Assembly: GCA_964499705.1 (NCBI GenBank)
Contig: CAZCME010000005.1
Coordinates: 124,001 to 188,000, forward strand
Direction: 5' to 3'
DNA from: an uncultured bacterium
GTDB lineage: Bacteria; UBA8481
DNA length: 64,000 nt
Every line of letters starts with the position of its first letter. The first letter of the stretch is position 1. A program made the translations under genes and the position numbers. This document shows, piece after piece, positions 9,999 through 18,590 of the stretch. The notes beneath the pieces are model-generated. The model worked only from the letters and a program-made list of their open reading frames with translations, was not told the origin of the DNA and searched no databases.

Positions 9999-10589
9999 AT
10001 GAAGGGATGCAATATCTGGATCAAGGCGGCCGCCGTCGCGGCGGTCGGGCTGGCCATGCTGGGAACGGCCTACGCGGAGGAGGAATCCGGCGGACGTCGC
10101 GGCAATCGCCGGAATAATGCCTCGACGGAAGACAACGCCGAGATGAGAGAAAAGTTCCAGGACAAGCTCTTCGAGAAGATGGCGAAGAAGCTGGAGCTGG
10201 ACGACGCGACGAAGACTAAGATGAAGGAACTCTTCGAGCGGCAGCAGAAGGACAGGCAGAGCCTGAACGAGGAGACGAGAAACGCGGTCAAGAAACTGAA
10301 GGAACTCGTCGACGCGAAGGCGAATGAAACCGAACTCTCCGCCCAGATCGACAAGATCGAATCGTTGAAGCAGAAGCAGCGCGATATGGAATCCAAGGCG
10401 CTCACCGAGATGCGCGCCATCCTCGGCACGACCAAGACCGCTCAGCTCCTGGTGTTGCAGTCCCAGATGATGAACCAGATGCGCTCACACATGCGAGAGG
10501 GCATGACCGGAAACCGGCGCGGCGTCTTCCGTGGCGGCAGCGGCGAAGGCGAAAGAACCCCGAACACGGGCAACTGGGGATACAACTGA
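9999..10589 (+). CDS. Spy/CpxP-like periplasmic helical protein
   Basis: Signal peptide ending AYA, charged helical body (KKLELDDAT...RAILG); SD AAGGA before ATG 9999; common ECF/anti-sigma/Spy arrangement. Confidence 0.7.
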   Translation: MKGCNIWIKAAAVAAVGLAMLGTAYAEEESGGRRGNRRNNASTEDNAEMREKFQDKLFEKMAKKLELDDATKTKMKELFERQQKDRQSLNEETRNAVKKLKELVDAKANETELSAQIDKIESLKQKQRDMESKALTEMRAILGTTKTAQLLVLQSQMMNQMRSHMREGMTGNRRGVFRGGSGEGERTPNTGNWGYN

Positions 10590-10597
10590 TCGAACAG

Positions 10598-10626
10598 GCA
10601 GGAGCGGGTTCGATCCCCGCTCCTGC
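10598..10626 (+). terminator. 11-bp GC-rich hairpin after the spy-like gene
   Basis: GCAGGAGCGGG-TTCGATC-CCCGCTCCTGC; no U-tract follows. Confidence 0.4.
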
Positions 10627-10630
10627 AAGA

Positions 10631-10751
10631 GGGGACATTCTCCAACATTGCAACATTGGTAATGATGGAGTTATGAATACATTGATGGAAAAACGACATC
10701 GATCGAACTAACTCCTTTATTCTGAATGTTGCAATGTGGGAGAATGTCCCC
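10631..10751. mobile_element. MITE/REP-like non-autonomous element with 27-bp terminal inverted repeats
   Basis: GGGGACATTCTCCAACATTGCAACATT (10631-10657) versus AATGTTGCAATGTGGGAGAATGTCCCC (10725-10751), one mismatch; AT-rich interior with inner IR GGAGTTA/TAACTCC. Confidence 0.6.
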
Positions 10752-10753
10752 CT

Positions 10754-12196
10754 ATGAAACGCAGCATCGGGGTCGCCTTTGTCTTTTCTCTTCTCATCTT
10801 TCTTTTCAAGATGAAGGTATTCAGCGGACTCGGTTATTCGCTCGATCTGTTCATGCAGACGCAGGTGGCCACATCCTGGATGGACGGCCGGCCGTTCCAT
10901 GACAACTACTATGGCAATCATCTCGGCACGCATTCCTATCTGCTTCTCCCCGTCCTCGGGCTGATCGCCGGCCCGCTCGGTTCTCCCGGGTTGCTGCTGG
11001 TGCTCGCCGCTTCGGGCGGGCTCGCACTCCATTTCGCTCATGAAATTCTCATGCATCTCGATCTCCCTCACCGCGCCGCGATTTTCTTCGCCGTGCTTCT
11101 CGTCGCGGCGCCGTTCTCCATTCATACGCTCCACGACTGGCAATACGGCTTCCACGTCGAACTTCTGGAACCGGCGATCGCGCTCGGGCTCTTCCACGCT
11201 CTGCTTCGCGACAAGCTGAAACCCTCGCTGGCGTGGGGAGCACTCCTCATCAGCGTCAAGGAGGATGCCCCCTTCCTCGCCGCCATCGTCGCGATCATCG
11301 TTCTCGTCGAGACATTCCTGGCGCGTCATCGGGAAGGGGTCCGGGGCTCCGGCCTGTTGCACGGCCCCGCGTGCGCCGTCCTTGTCCTCTCCAGCGTCTC
11401 GTTTCCGATCCTTCTCTTGCTCATCAAGTGGAATGCATCCGGGGCGACGCAGGGAGGAGCGATGACGCGATTGCCACTGGCCTTCGATGCCGGTGTCCGC
11501 GATTACGGCGGGCTGGCCCGATTTCTCGTCGCGCATTCCTTCGACTTTCTCTTTTCGCACCAGGTCCGCGTACTCCTGGTTTCCCTTGTCTGCGCTTCCT
11601 TCGGAGCTCTCCTGCTGAGGCCCCACTTCATTCCGCTCCTGCTGCCCTTCGCGCTCGTCGCCTGGCTTCAGTCCGACGATCCGCTCTGGGCATCGCGATT
11701 CGCTCCGGCGCTCGCCGCGGGCTGGTGCATCACGCTCCTCGGGATCGCTTCCTTCTGGCACCGGACCTCCTCGCGGATGCGCCATCCCCCGACGCGCGCG
11801 AAGGGAACCACGCTCGCCTTTGCGGGGATCCTGGCCGTAGCCCTCACCACGGCCATGTCGCTCTCTCCCGCCGCCGCCGCGCTCGACTTCTACACCTTCA
11901 CTCCCTGGACGTATTACACAGCCGAGGAGCGCGCCGACGCGGACGAGCTCTTCGCGCGCTATCGCGAGGAGGGAAAGCGCGCGGAGCCTGTCATCGCGCA
12001 CATCTATCTCTTCCGCTACGCGCACGACAGGAATCTCTTCTGGTTCTACAGCGTTCCGGATGGATTCCAGCCGAAATGGATTCTCTGGGATGACCGGGCG
12101 CCCGCCTTCGCGAAGTGGGGATATGCGCCGATCGATTATGAATGCCTGGGAAGAAAAGGGCGGTTCGGACTTTATCGTCTCGCGGCTTCGGATTGA
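10754..12196 (+). CDS. DUF2079-family polytopic membrane protein (GT-C-like)
   Basis: DLFMQTQ, HLGTHSY, YGFHVE, SVKED motifs; many TM segments. Confidence 0.7.
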   Translation: MKRSIGVAFVFSLLIFLFKMKVFSGLGYSLDLFMQTQVATSWMDGRPFHDNYYGNHLGTHSYLLLPVLGLIAGPLGSPGLLLVLAASGGLALHFAHEILMHLDLPHRAAIFFAVLLVAAPFSIHTLHDWQYGFHVELLEPAIALGLFHALLRDKLKPSLAWGALLISVKEDAPFLAAIVAIIVLVETFLARHREGVRGSGLLHGPACAVLVLSSVSFPILLLLIKWNASGATQGGAMTRLPLAFDAGVRDYGGLARFLVAHSFDFLFSHQVRVLLVSLVCASFGALLLRPHFIPLLLPFALVAWLQSDDPLWASRFAPALAAGWCITLLGIASFWHRTSSRMRHPPTRAKGTTLAFAGILAVALTTAMSLSPAAAALDFYTFTPWTYYTAEERADADELFARYREEGKRAEPVIAHIYLFRYAHDRNLFWFYSVPDGFQPKWILWDDRAPAFAKWGYAPIDYECLGRKGRFGLYRLAASD

Positions 12197-14814
12197 GACG
12201 GGAGCCTGTCCGCCATCAGCTGCACAGGATGCAACGCCGTCAATCCATGCCGCGCCGCCATCTCGCGGCACGAGCGCCCCGAGGCGGCGACGACGCCCCC
12301 GGCTTTTCGAAGCGCCGGCAGGAACCGGTCTTCCGCGATCGCCAGGGATAGATTGTAGTTCTCTTTTTCGTATCCGAACGATCCCGCCATGCCGCAGCAC
12401 CCGGAATTGATCTCCGTGGCGGGCTGGAAGAGATTCAGGATCCTCACGGCCGCGCCGTTCGATCCCGCCGCCTTCTGATGACAGTGCGTGTGAAAGAGAA
12501 CGGCGTCCCCGGGCGCGGCAACGGCGGATCGGGCCAGCATGTCGCGAAGCCGGTCCTCATGGCGGAGCAGAAACGTTTCGATGCCGACGGCGCGCTTCGC
12601 GAGCGACGATCCGTGGTCCGATAATTTCAGCGAATCCTCCTGGAACATCGAGAGGCAGGACGGCTCGATCACGATGACAGGATAGTCGCCCGGAAAAATC
12701 AGTTTCTCAACCTCCGCGCGCGCCTTGTCCACGAGCCCGCGCGAAAACGCGGGTCGACCGCAGCAACCGGGGCGCGATGGAAACACCTTCAGACCAATCG
12801 CCTCGAAGATCTTCATCGCGGCCAGTCCCACCGCGGGCTCGAAATATTCCATGTGTGTATCGACAAAAAGAATCGCGTCGTATTTTCCGCCGGCGGCCGC
12901 TGGCGGCGACTGCTGCTGTTTTCGCCAGCGTTCGAAAAATCCCGTCAGCGTGGGCACGGGAAGCATCGACTTCGGATGGACCCCGATCGCTTTCTTGACA
13001 AGCGATTCCAGGGGAACTCCGAACAGGCGTCCCGCTTGCGCCAGCTTTTCATAATGACCGAAAAAACGATCGCGCAGTGTCGGTCCGCGATGATGGATGA
13101 ACTCCGCCTTCATCGCCGCCATGTCGACCTGCGACGGGCACTCGCTCGAGCAGGCCTTGCACCCGAGGCACTTCTCCAGGGATACGCTGATCGCATCCGT
13201 AAGATCTTCGCCGGCGAGGAGCCCCCGCAACAGGTTCGCGCGGCCGCGCGTCGAGAGGCTCTCGTCGCCCGAAGCCTGGAAGGACGGGCACATCACGCCG
13301 TCCATTTTCCGGCAGGCGCCCTCGCCGTTGCACCGTTCGACTTCGTCGAGAAAATCCGTCTCCCAGCGAAGAGCCGGCTTCCAGGGTCGTGCCGGCTGCT
13401 GAGTCCGATAACGCGTATCGCCCGCGGGCCGGAATATCCCGGCCGGATCGAACACCTTTCGGATCCGATCGAACGCGCCCACCAGTTCCTTCCCGAAGAT
13501 CCGGTCGTGATATGGTGTCTTCGATCTGCCGTCGCCGTGCTCGCCTGTCAGCGTTCCGCCCAGCTCGGCCACCAGGTCGACGGTCTCCGATGTGATCGCG
13601 TCCATCGTCTCGATCTCCTCCGGCCTGTGAAGATCGAGGAGCGGCCTGATGTGGAGGCAGCCCGCGGATGCGTGCGCGTAGTAGGCGCCCTCGGTGCCGT
13701 GCCGCCGGATGATCCCGTCGAGTCGCTCCACGTATTCCGGAAGCTTCTCCACGGGCACCGCGCAATCCTCGATGAAGGGGATCGGCCGCCTCTGCCCGCG
13801 CATCGACATCAGGAGCCCCAGCCCTTCCTTCCGCGTCGTCCAGATCTCCTTCTGATCCGCCGGTTCCTTCAGGATGAGCTTCGCTCCGAGGGCCAGCGCG
13901 CGCGCCGTCTCATCCTTATCCTCGTATTCCACGACAAAAAGAGCCTCGGGTGTCTCCTTGATGAGGCGCAGCTCGAAATTCCGGCTGCGGCGCGCCTGTT
14001 CGATGACGCGCCGGTCCATCAGCTCGATCGCCGAAGGTCCCGTCTCCAGAAGGGCGGGCACATGCCGCATCGCCGCGACGAGATCGTCGTAGAAGAAGAT
14101 CGCGAGCATGGAAGATTGCGCGCGCGGTACCAGCGACACCTCCGAGTCGAGAATGATCCCGAGCGAACCTTCGCTTCCGCAAAAGAGAGGCAGCAGCGAA
14201 TGTCGAGTGTAAATCCCGCGGATATCGAGCCCGGATGCGTTGCGCCACGTCCGGGGCCATCGCGGAGAATCCTTCACGGGATCCGCGATCTCAAGAACCG
14301 CCGCGGCCAGGGAATCGCCTCGCTCCAGATCGCCACGCGTGAATCTCCGGATTTCACCGGTGGACAGGAGAACGCGCGCGGAATGGAGATGATCGGACGC
14401 CATGCCGAACTTGATCGAACGCGCGCCGGTCCCGTTATTCGCCAGCAGGCCGGCAATCGTCGCGCGGTTGGAGGAGGCAGGCGTCGGGCCGAATCGGTAT
14501 CCGGTCGGAGAAGCAGCCCGGTCGATCGCGTCGATCACCGCTCCGGGCTGGACATGAGCACGGTCGCCTTCGATCCGGATGGAATTCCACGACGAGAGAT
14601 CGACGATGACGCCGGACGTGATCGCCTGCCCGGAAAGCGACGTGCCCGCTCCGCGCGGCAACAAGGTCACGCCCTCTTTCGAGGCCCAATGCACGAGCTC
14701 CGCGAGTTCCTCTTCGGACCGGGGCAATGCGGCTCCGGCAGGTTCGCAGATGTAAATCGATGCATCCGTGGAATAAAGCCGCTTCGTCGCGGCATCGGAT
14801 CGGATCGGCGTCAT
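12172..14814 (-). CDS. FAD-binding and (Fe-S)-binding oxidoreductase (YdiJ/GlcDF-like 2-hydroxyacid dehydrogenase)
   Basis: PRGAGTSLSGQ, HASAGCLH, GEHGDG, CNGEGAC, CLGCKACSSECP, CCG, HTHCHQ, CCGMAGSFG. Confidence 0.9.
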   Translation of the reverse strand: MTPIRSDAATKRLYSTDASIYICEPAGAALPRSEEELAELVHWASKEGVTLLPRGAGTSLSGQAITSGVIVDLSSWNSIRIEGDRAHVQPGAVIDAIDRAASPTGYRFGPTPASSNRATIAGLLANNGTGARSIKFGMASDHLHSARVLLSTGEIRRFTRGDLERGDSLAAAVLEIADPVKDSPRWPRTWRNASGLDIRGIYTRHSLLPLFCGSEGSLGIILDSEVSLVPRAQSSMLAIFFYDDLVAAMRHVPALLETGPSAIELMDRRVIEQARRSRNFELRLIKETPEALFVVEYEDKDETARALALGAKLILKEPADQKEIWTTRKEGLGLLMSMRGQRRPIPFIEDCAVPVEKLPEYVERLDGIIRRHGTEGAYYAHASAGCLHIRPLLDLHRPEEIETMDAITSETVDLVAELGGTLTGEHGDGRSKTPYHDRIFGKELVGAFDRIRKVFDPAGIFRPAGDTRYRTQQPARPWKPALRWETDFLDEVERCNGEGACRKMDGVMCPSFQASGDESLSTRGRANLLRGLLAGEDLTDAISVSLEKCLGCKACSSECPSQVDMAAMKAEFIHHRGPTLRDRFFGHYEKLAQAGRLFGVPLESLVKKAIGVHPKSMLPVPTLTGFFERWRKQQQSPPAAAGGKYDAILFVDTHMEYFEPAVGLAAMKIFEAIGLKVFPSRPGCCGRPAFSRGLVDKARAEVEKLIFPGDYPVIVIEPSCLSMFQEDSLKLSDHGSSLAKRAVGIETFLLRHEDRLRDMLARSAVAAPGDAVLFHTHCHQKAAGSNGAAVRILNLFQPATEINSGCCGMAGSFGYEKENYNLSLAIAEDRFLPALRKAGGVVAASGRSCREMAARHGLTALHPVQLMADRLPSQSEAARR

Positions 14815-14921
14815 GGGTCAGGCCACCACATTTACATATTTTATTCTTTTCACAACGTGTAAATACGCAGGTCCTTTTTCCCGGGTTATAATAAAAAAAT
14901 GCTTCGAGGGGGAGCCGGCAG

Positions 14922-17525
14922 ATGAGGATGGGTGGTACGATGGCGCACAAATTTCCCGCGCTGTCCGCGCAGCCGGCGAAGAAGATCATGCGATGGAGCC
15001 TGGGGGCGGCGGCCACGGCCGTTGTCATTGTTCTTCTCCTCTCCGCCGTCGCCTACGCGCTCCTGGATGAAGATCTTCTCAAGCGGGAACTCACGAGGGC
15101 GCTCGGACGGCCGGTCGAATTCAGCGGCATATCGGCGGGTCTCCTGCGGATCACCCTGACGGACATGCAAGTCGGCGAGCTCGCGGGCTTCGAACCGGAT
15201 CCGCTCCTTGCGGCAAAAAACATCGACCTGAGATATTCGATCCTCTCCATCCTGCGCGGCAAGCTTGTCATCGACCGTGTCGTCGTGACGGAGGCGCGGC
15301 TCGGCCTGGAACGCCGCTCCGACGGCACCTCCAATTTCGACGACCTGACGCGTCGAAGCAAGGATGGTTCCATCCTCGTGGTGCGGGAGATGGGGCTCGA
15401 CAATGTCGAGGTCGCCGTTCGCCTCGATACGAGGATCATCGAGGTGAAATCCCTGCAGGGAAAAATCACGAATCTCTCTGAGCGCCCGAACCTCTTCGAC
15501 CTGGATGGATTGATCTCCGGCGCGCGCGTCCACGTCGACGGAGAAGTCGACGCGGAAAGTTACGCCGGCAGGATGAAGATCCTGGCGGATTCCATCGCCC
15601 TCGATCCCTTCGGCCTGAGTTCCGAAACCGTCAACCTGGCCGGGCTTGCCGCCGCGATCGACGGCGAGCTCGGATTCTCCGCGGACACCTTCGCCTGGAA
15701 CGGGCTCATCCGCATTCCTTCGCTTGCGGAAATCACGGGCCATGTCACGGCGCCATGGAAAGATCCCATGGCGGCCGCCGGAGCGTTCACCGCGATCACG
15801 CGCGCGGAGCATCTCACGCGCATCCGGCCGGCGCGGCCCTACATCCAGGCGTACAAGGCCAGCGGTGGAATCCAGGTCGATCTGGCTCTCTCCGGCGAAA
15901 GCGGCAAGCTGCCGACATCCGTCTCCGGAGAACTGCTGGACTTGTCCCTGACTCCTCCCGGAATGCAGCGCGTCGTGACGATGAAAGGGCGATTCCGCGC
16001 CGATCCGGAAGAAGCCCATCTCGACAACATGTCCTTGATCACCGGCGACGCGCCTCTCCGGATTTCCGGGGTCGTCGGATACGCCAGGGGAACGGTCGAC
16101 CTGAAAGTCGCGGGGAAATCCCTCGACCTCGGCGCGCTGGCGGCTCTTATTCCTCAATCGCCGTTGCCGGAAGGCTCCCGCCTGAGCGGCAACGGCAGCA
16201 TCGATCTGGCGATCAAGGGCAAGACATCCGCGCCTCTGGTCAACGGGCTCATCACCATGGAAGGCATGGCGCTTGCGCTGGCCAAACCGAAGACAACGCT
16301 GGAAAACCTTCGGGGAAAATTGAACCTTTCCGGCGATGATGTGAAGCTCGAAGGTGTCACCGCTCGGATGAAATCAATGACGGTGACGGTAAGCGGAACC
16401 TATGACAGGAAGAGCGAAAAGTCCGATCTCAAGGTGAAGGCGGACAACATCGTCCTGAGCGAGCTGCCCGAAGATCTCGGATCCGGAACGCTCGACGTGA
16501 AAGGCGCGGCCTCCTTCGACGGCTCGATCTCGGGAAAAGCATCGGAGCCCATCGTCAAGGGAAAGGTCAGCTCCGGGAAGCTGGAGCTCTTCGGCATTCC
16601 GATCTCGGACCTGGCCGCGACGCTCTCTCTCGACGGCCCCAGCATCGAACTCGATGATCTCCGCGCCGTGCTCCTGGGCGGAGAAATAACGGGGGATGCG
16701 GGCTTCAACATTCTTTCGGAGGCGCGGCCATTCCAGTTGAATCTCTCCGGGAAGTCCCTCGATTTCGGCGAAGTGATTGCTCTCGCCACGCGCTTCACGG
16801 GCGCAAAATTCAACGGCATCTCCGGCGGAGTCTTTTCCGGCAACATCGCGGTTTCCGCTCCCGGTTCCGGTAATCCCGCCACGTTCACCGGATCGGGATC
16901 GGGCGAAGCCCTGAACGTGGACCTGGGCGGCGTGAAGCTGCTCGCGTCGCTCGCGCAGGCGCTGGGCGGCGGACAACTCGGCGGTATCGGTGAGATCACG
17001 CAGATGATCTCCGGAGAAAAGTTCGAGCGCTTTCAATCGATCCGCGGTTCCTTCACCATCGACGGCGGGAAAGTGCGGATCAACGAGAAGATCCGGTTTC
17101 GGCCGTTCGGGGATCATGCGATCGCTTTCCGGGGAAGCGTCGGCCTGGACGGATCGCTGGGCGGACTGATCGCGGACATGACGCTTCCGGAGAAGTGGTT
17201 CAAGAGCCGCGCGGGCGCGACGGCCCTGATGATGATGGGCGGCGAGCTCTCCGGCGGTACGGCGACGCTGCCCGTCTCCTTCGCGGGAACATTCGCCGCT
17301 CCGAGACCGGAATTTTTCAAGCCGGATCCGAAAAACCTATTGAAGATCATGGGGCTTCCCGGCGGCGTGGACACATCGGATACCGCGCCGTCGGACGGAG
17401 GAATCCGCATTCCGACTCTTCCCGGCCTGGGAACGACGGACAAATCGGATACGGCCGCGGATCAGTCGAAAAGCCGGACGGATGAGGTATTCGAAAAACT
17501 GGGAGATCTGTTCAAGGGAAGATAA
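14922..17525 (+). CDS. AsmA-like family protein
   Basis: N-terminal TM, LERRSDGTSNFDDL, repeated beta-rich segments, C-terminal LPVSFAGTFAAP. Confidence 0.8.
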   Translation: MRMGGTMAHKFPALSAQPAKKIMRWSLGAAATAVVIVLLLSAVAYALLDEDLLKRELTRALGRPVEFSGISAGLLRITLTDMQVGELAGFEPDPLLAAKNIDLRYSILSILRGKLVIDRVVVTEARLGLERRSDGTSNFDDLTRRSKDGSILVVREMGLDNVEVAVRLDTRIIEVKSLQGKITNLSERPNLFDLDGLISGARVHVDGEVDAESYAGRMKILADSIALDPFGLSSETVNLAGLAAAIDGELGFSADTFAWNGLIRIPSLAEITGHVTAPWKDPMAAAGAFTAITRAEHLTRIRPARPYIQAYKASGGIQVDLALSGESGKLPTSVSGELLDLSLTPPGMQRVVTMKGRFRADPEEAHLDNMSLITGDAPLRISGVVGYARGTVDLKVAGKSLDLGALAALIPQSPLPEGSRLSGNGSIDLAIKGKTSAPLVNGLITMEGMALALAKPKTTLENLRGKLNLSGDDVKLEGVTARMKSMTVTVSGTYDRKSEKSDLKVKADNIVLSELPEDLGSGTLDVKGAASFDGSISGKASEPIVKGKVSSGKLELFGIPISDLAATLSLDGPSIELDDLRAVLLGGEITGDAGFNILSEARPFQLNLSGKSLDFGEVIALATRFTGAKFNGISGGVFSGNIAVSAPGSGNPATFTGSGSGEALNVDLGGVKLLASLAQALGGGQLGGIGEITQMISGEKFERFQSIRGSFTIDGGKVRINEKIRFRPFGDHAIAFRGSVGLDGSLGGLIADMTLPEKWFKSRAGATALMMMGGELSGGTATLPVSFAGTFAAPRPEFFKPDPKNLLKIMGLPGGVDTSDTAPSDGGIRIPTLPGLGTTDKSDTAADQSKSRTDEVFEKLGDLFKGR

Positions 17526-17546
17526 TCGTTCAGGGGGAGGCGCATC

Positions 17547-18401
17547 ATGATCACTCAAAAAACAGCCACACGAACAACAGGACTCGGAAAATATATTTCT
17601 TGTCTCCTCTGTACCTTCTGTTGTTCATTAATCCTCACCGGCTGCGTCGGCTCGAAAATATCCGACAACCTTAAACCGCCGGTATTGGAATCGCTCTCGC
17701 CGCGGATCACGAGCATCGACTTCGGCGGCGTGAATCTGGAGTTCCACGCGCGGATCCGCAATACACTTCCCGTCGCGATCCAGACACCCAGGTTCCGGTA
17801 CGCCATCGCGATCGAGGATCGAGATCTCGCGAAGGGCACGCACGCGAGCGGCATCGATCTGCCCGCGTCCGGCGTGGGCACGGCGACGCTGCCGGTCCGG
17901 CTTTCATATGCGGACATCTTGGCGATCGCGGCCTCGCTGAAAAACCAGAATGAAGCCGCGTACCGCCTGAGCGGCGCGCTCCTCATACCGGCGCTCGGCC
18001 GCGAATTCGAGCTGCCACTCTCGCATGACGGAACGGTGCCGATCCTGAAGACTCCGCACTTCGACGACTTCCGGATCGAGAGTCCCGAGATATCCGGAAC
18101 GAAAGCGAAGTTCACGATCCTGGCGAAGATCGAGAATCCGAACGGGTTCGCGCTAGGCATCGATCAGATGGGTTACAGCGTCCGCATCGGCGAGATTTCG
18201 CTCGGTACTCTGGGAGCATCCACCACGTCCCGGATCGCGGCCGGAGGAAATTCCACGCTCCGGCTTGAAGGCCAAGTGTCTCTGCTTTCAGCCGCGTTCC
18301 AGATCCTGACGGGCGGGCGCGTCGGCGATGTGAAGATCGCGCCGACCGGCACCATCGACACACCGTGGGGCCGCGTCGCATTTTCGGGAGGACTGCAGTA
18401 A
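17547..18401 (+). CDS. LEA type 2 (WHy) double-domain lipoprotein
   Basis: Lipobox LTGC; two repeats with IRNT/IENPN motifs. Confidence 0.8.
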   Translation: MITQKTATRTTGLGKYISCLLCTFCCSLILTGCVGSKISDNLKPPVLESLSPRITSIDFGGVNLEFHARIRNTLPVAIQTPRFRYAIAIEDRDLAKGTHASGIDLPASGVGTATLPVRLSYADILAIAASLKNQNEAAYRLSGALLIPALGREFELPLSHDGTVPILKTPHFDDFRIESPEISGTKAKFTILAKIENPNGFALGIDQMGYSVRIGEISLGTLGASTTSRIAAGGNSTLRLEGQVSLLSAAFQILTGGRVGDVKIAPTGTIDTPWGRVAFSGGLQ

Positions 18402-18590
18402 GCTCCGCCTTACCCCCACGGCACGTGGAGGAATCCTCCGGAACACCGTCACATCCTGTTAATGTATTTAATATCACATTGATCCGGCGCGGCCGCCGTG
18501 AGCATAATCACGTTCAGCATCAGCAAATCAGGAAGCCGGCAACGCGGAGAAATCCGCGGCCGCGACATTATTTCAACCGAGGTGTCCCGC

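Noticed and set aside
10598-10626. tRNA gene
   Set aside because: Only a T-arm-like hairpin; no D arm, anticodon arm or CCA.
10442-14862. Long ORFs 10442..12400 (-) and 12853..14862 (+)
   Set aside because: Antisense shadows of well-supported genes; no motifs; expected in high-GC DNA.
18538-18563. c-di-GMP-I riboswitch-like GGCAA-CGCGGA-GAAA-TCCGCG-GCCGC upstream of the NHL gene
   Set aside because: Only the GAAA-capped hairpin is present; the following GCAAAGC and second stem are not evident. An Infernal scan with the Rfam c-di-GMP-I model would settle it.
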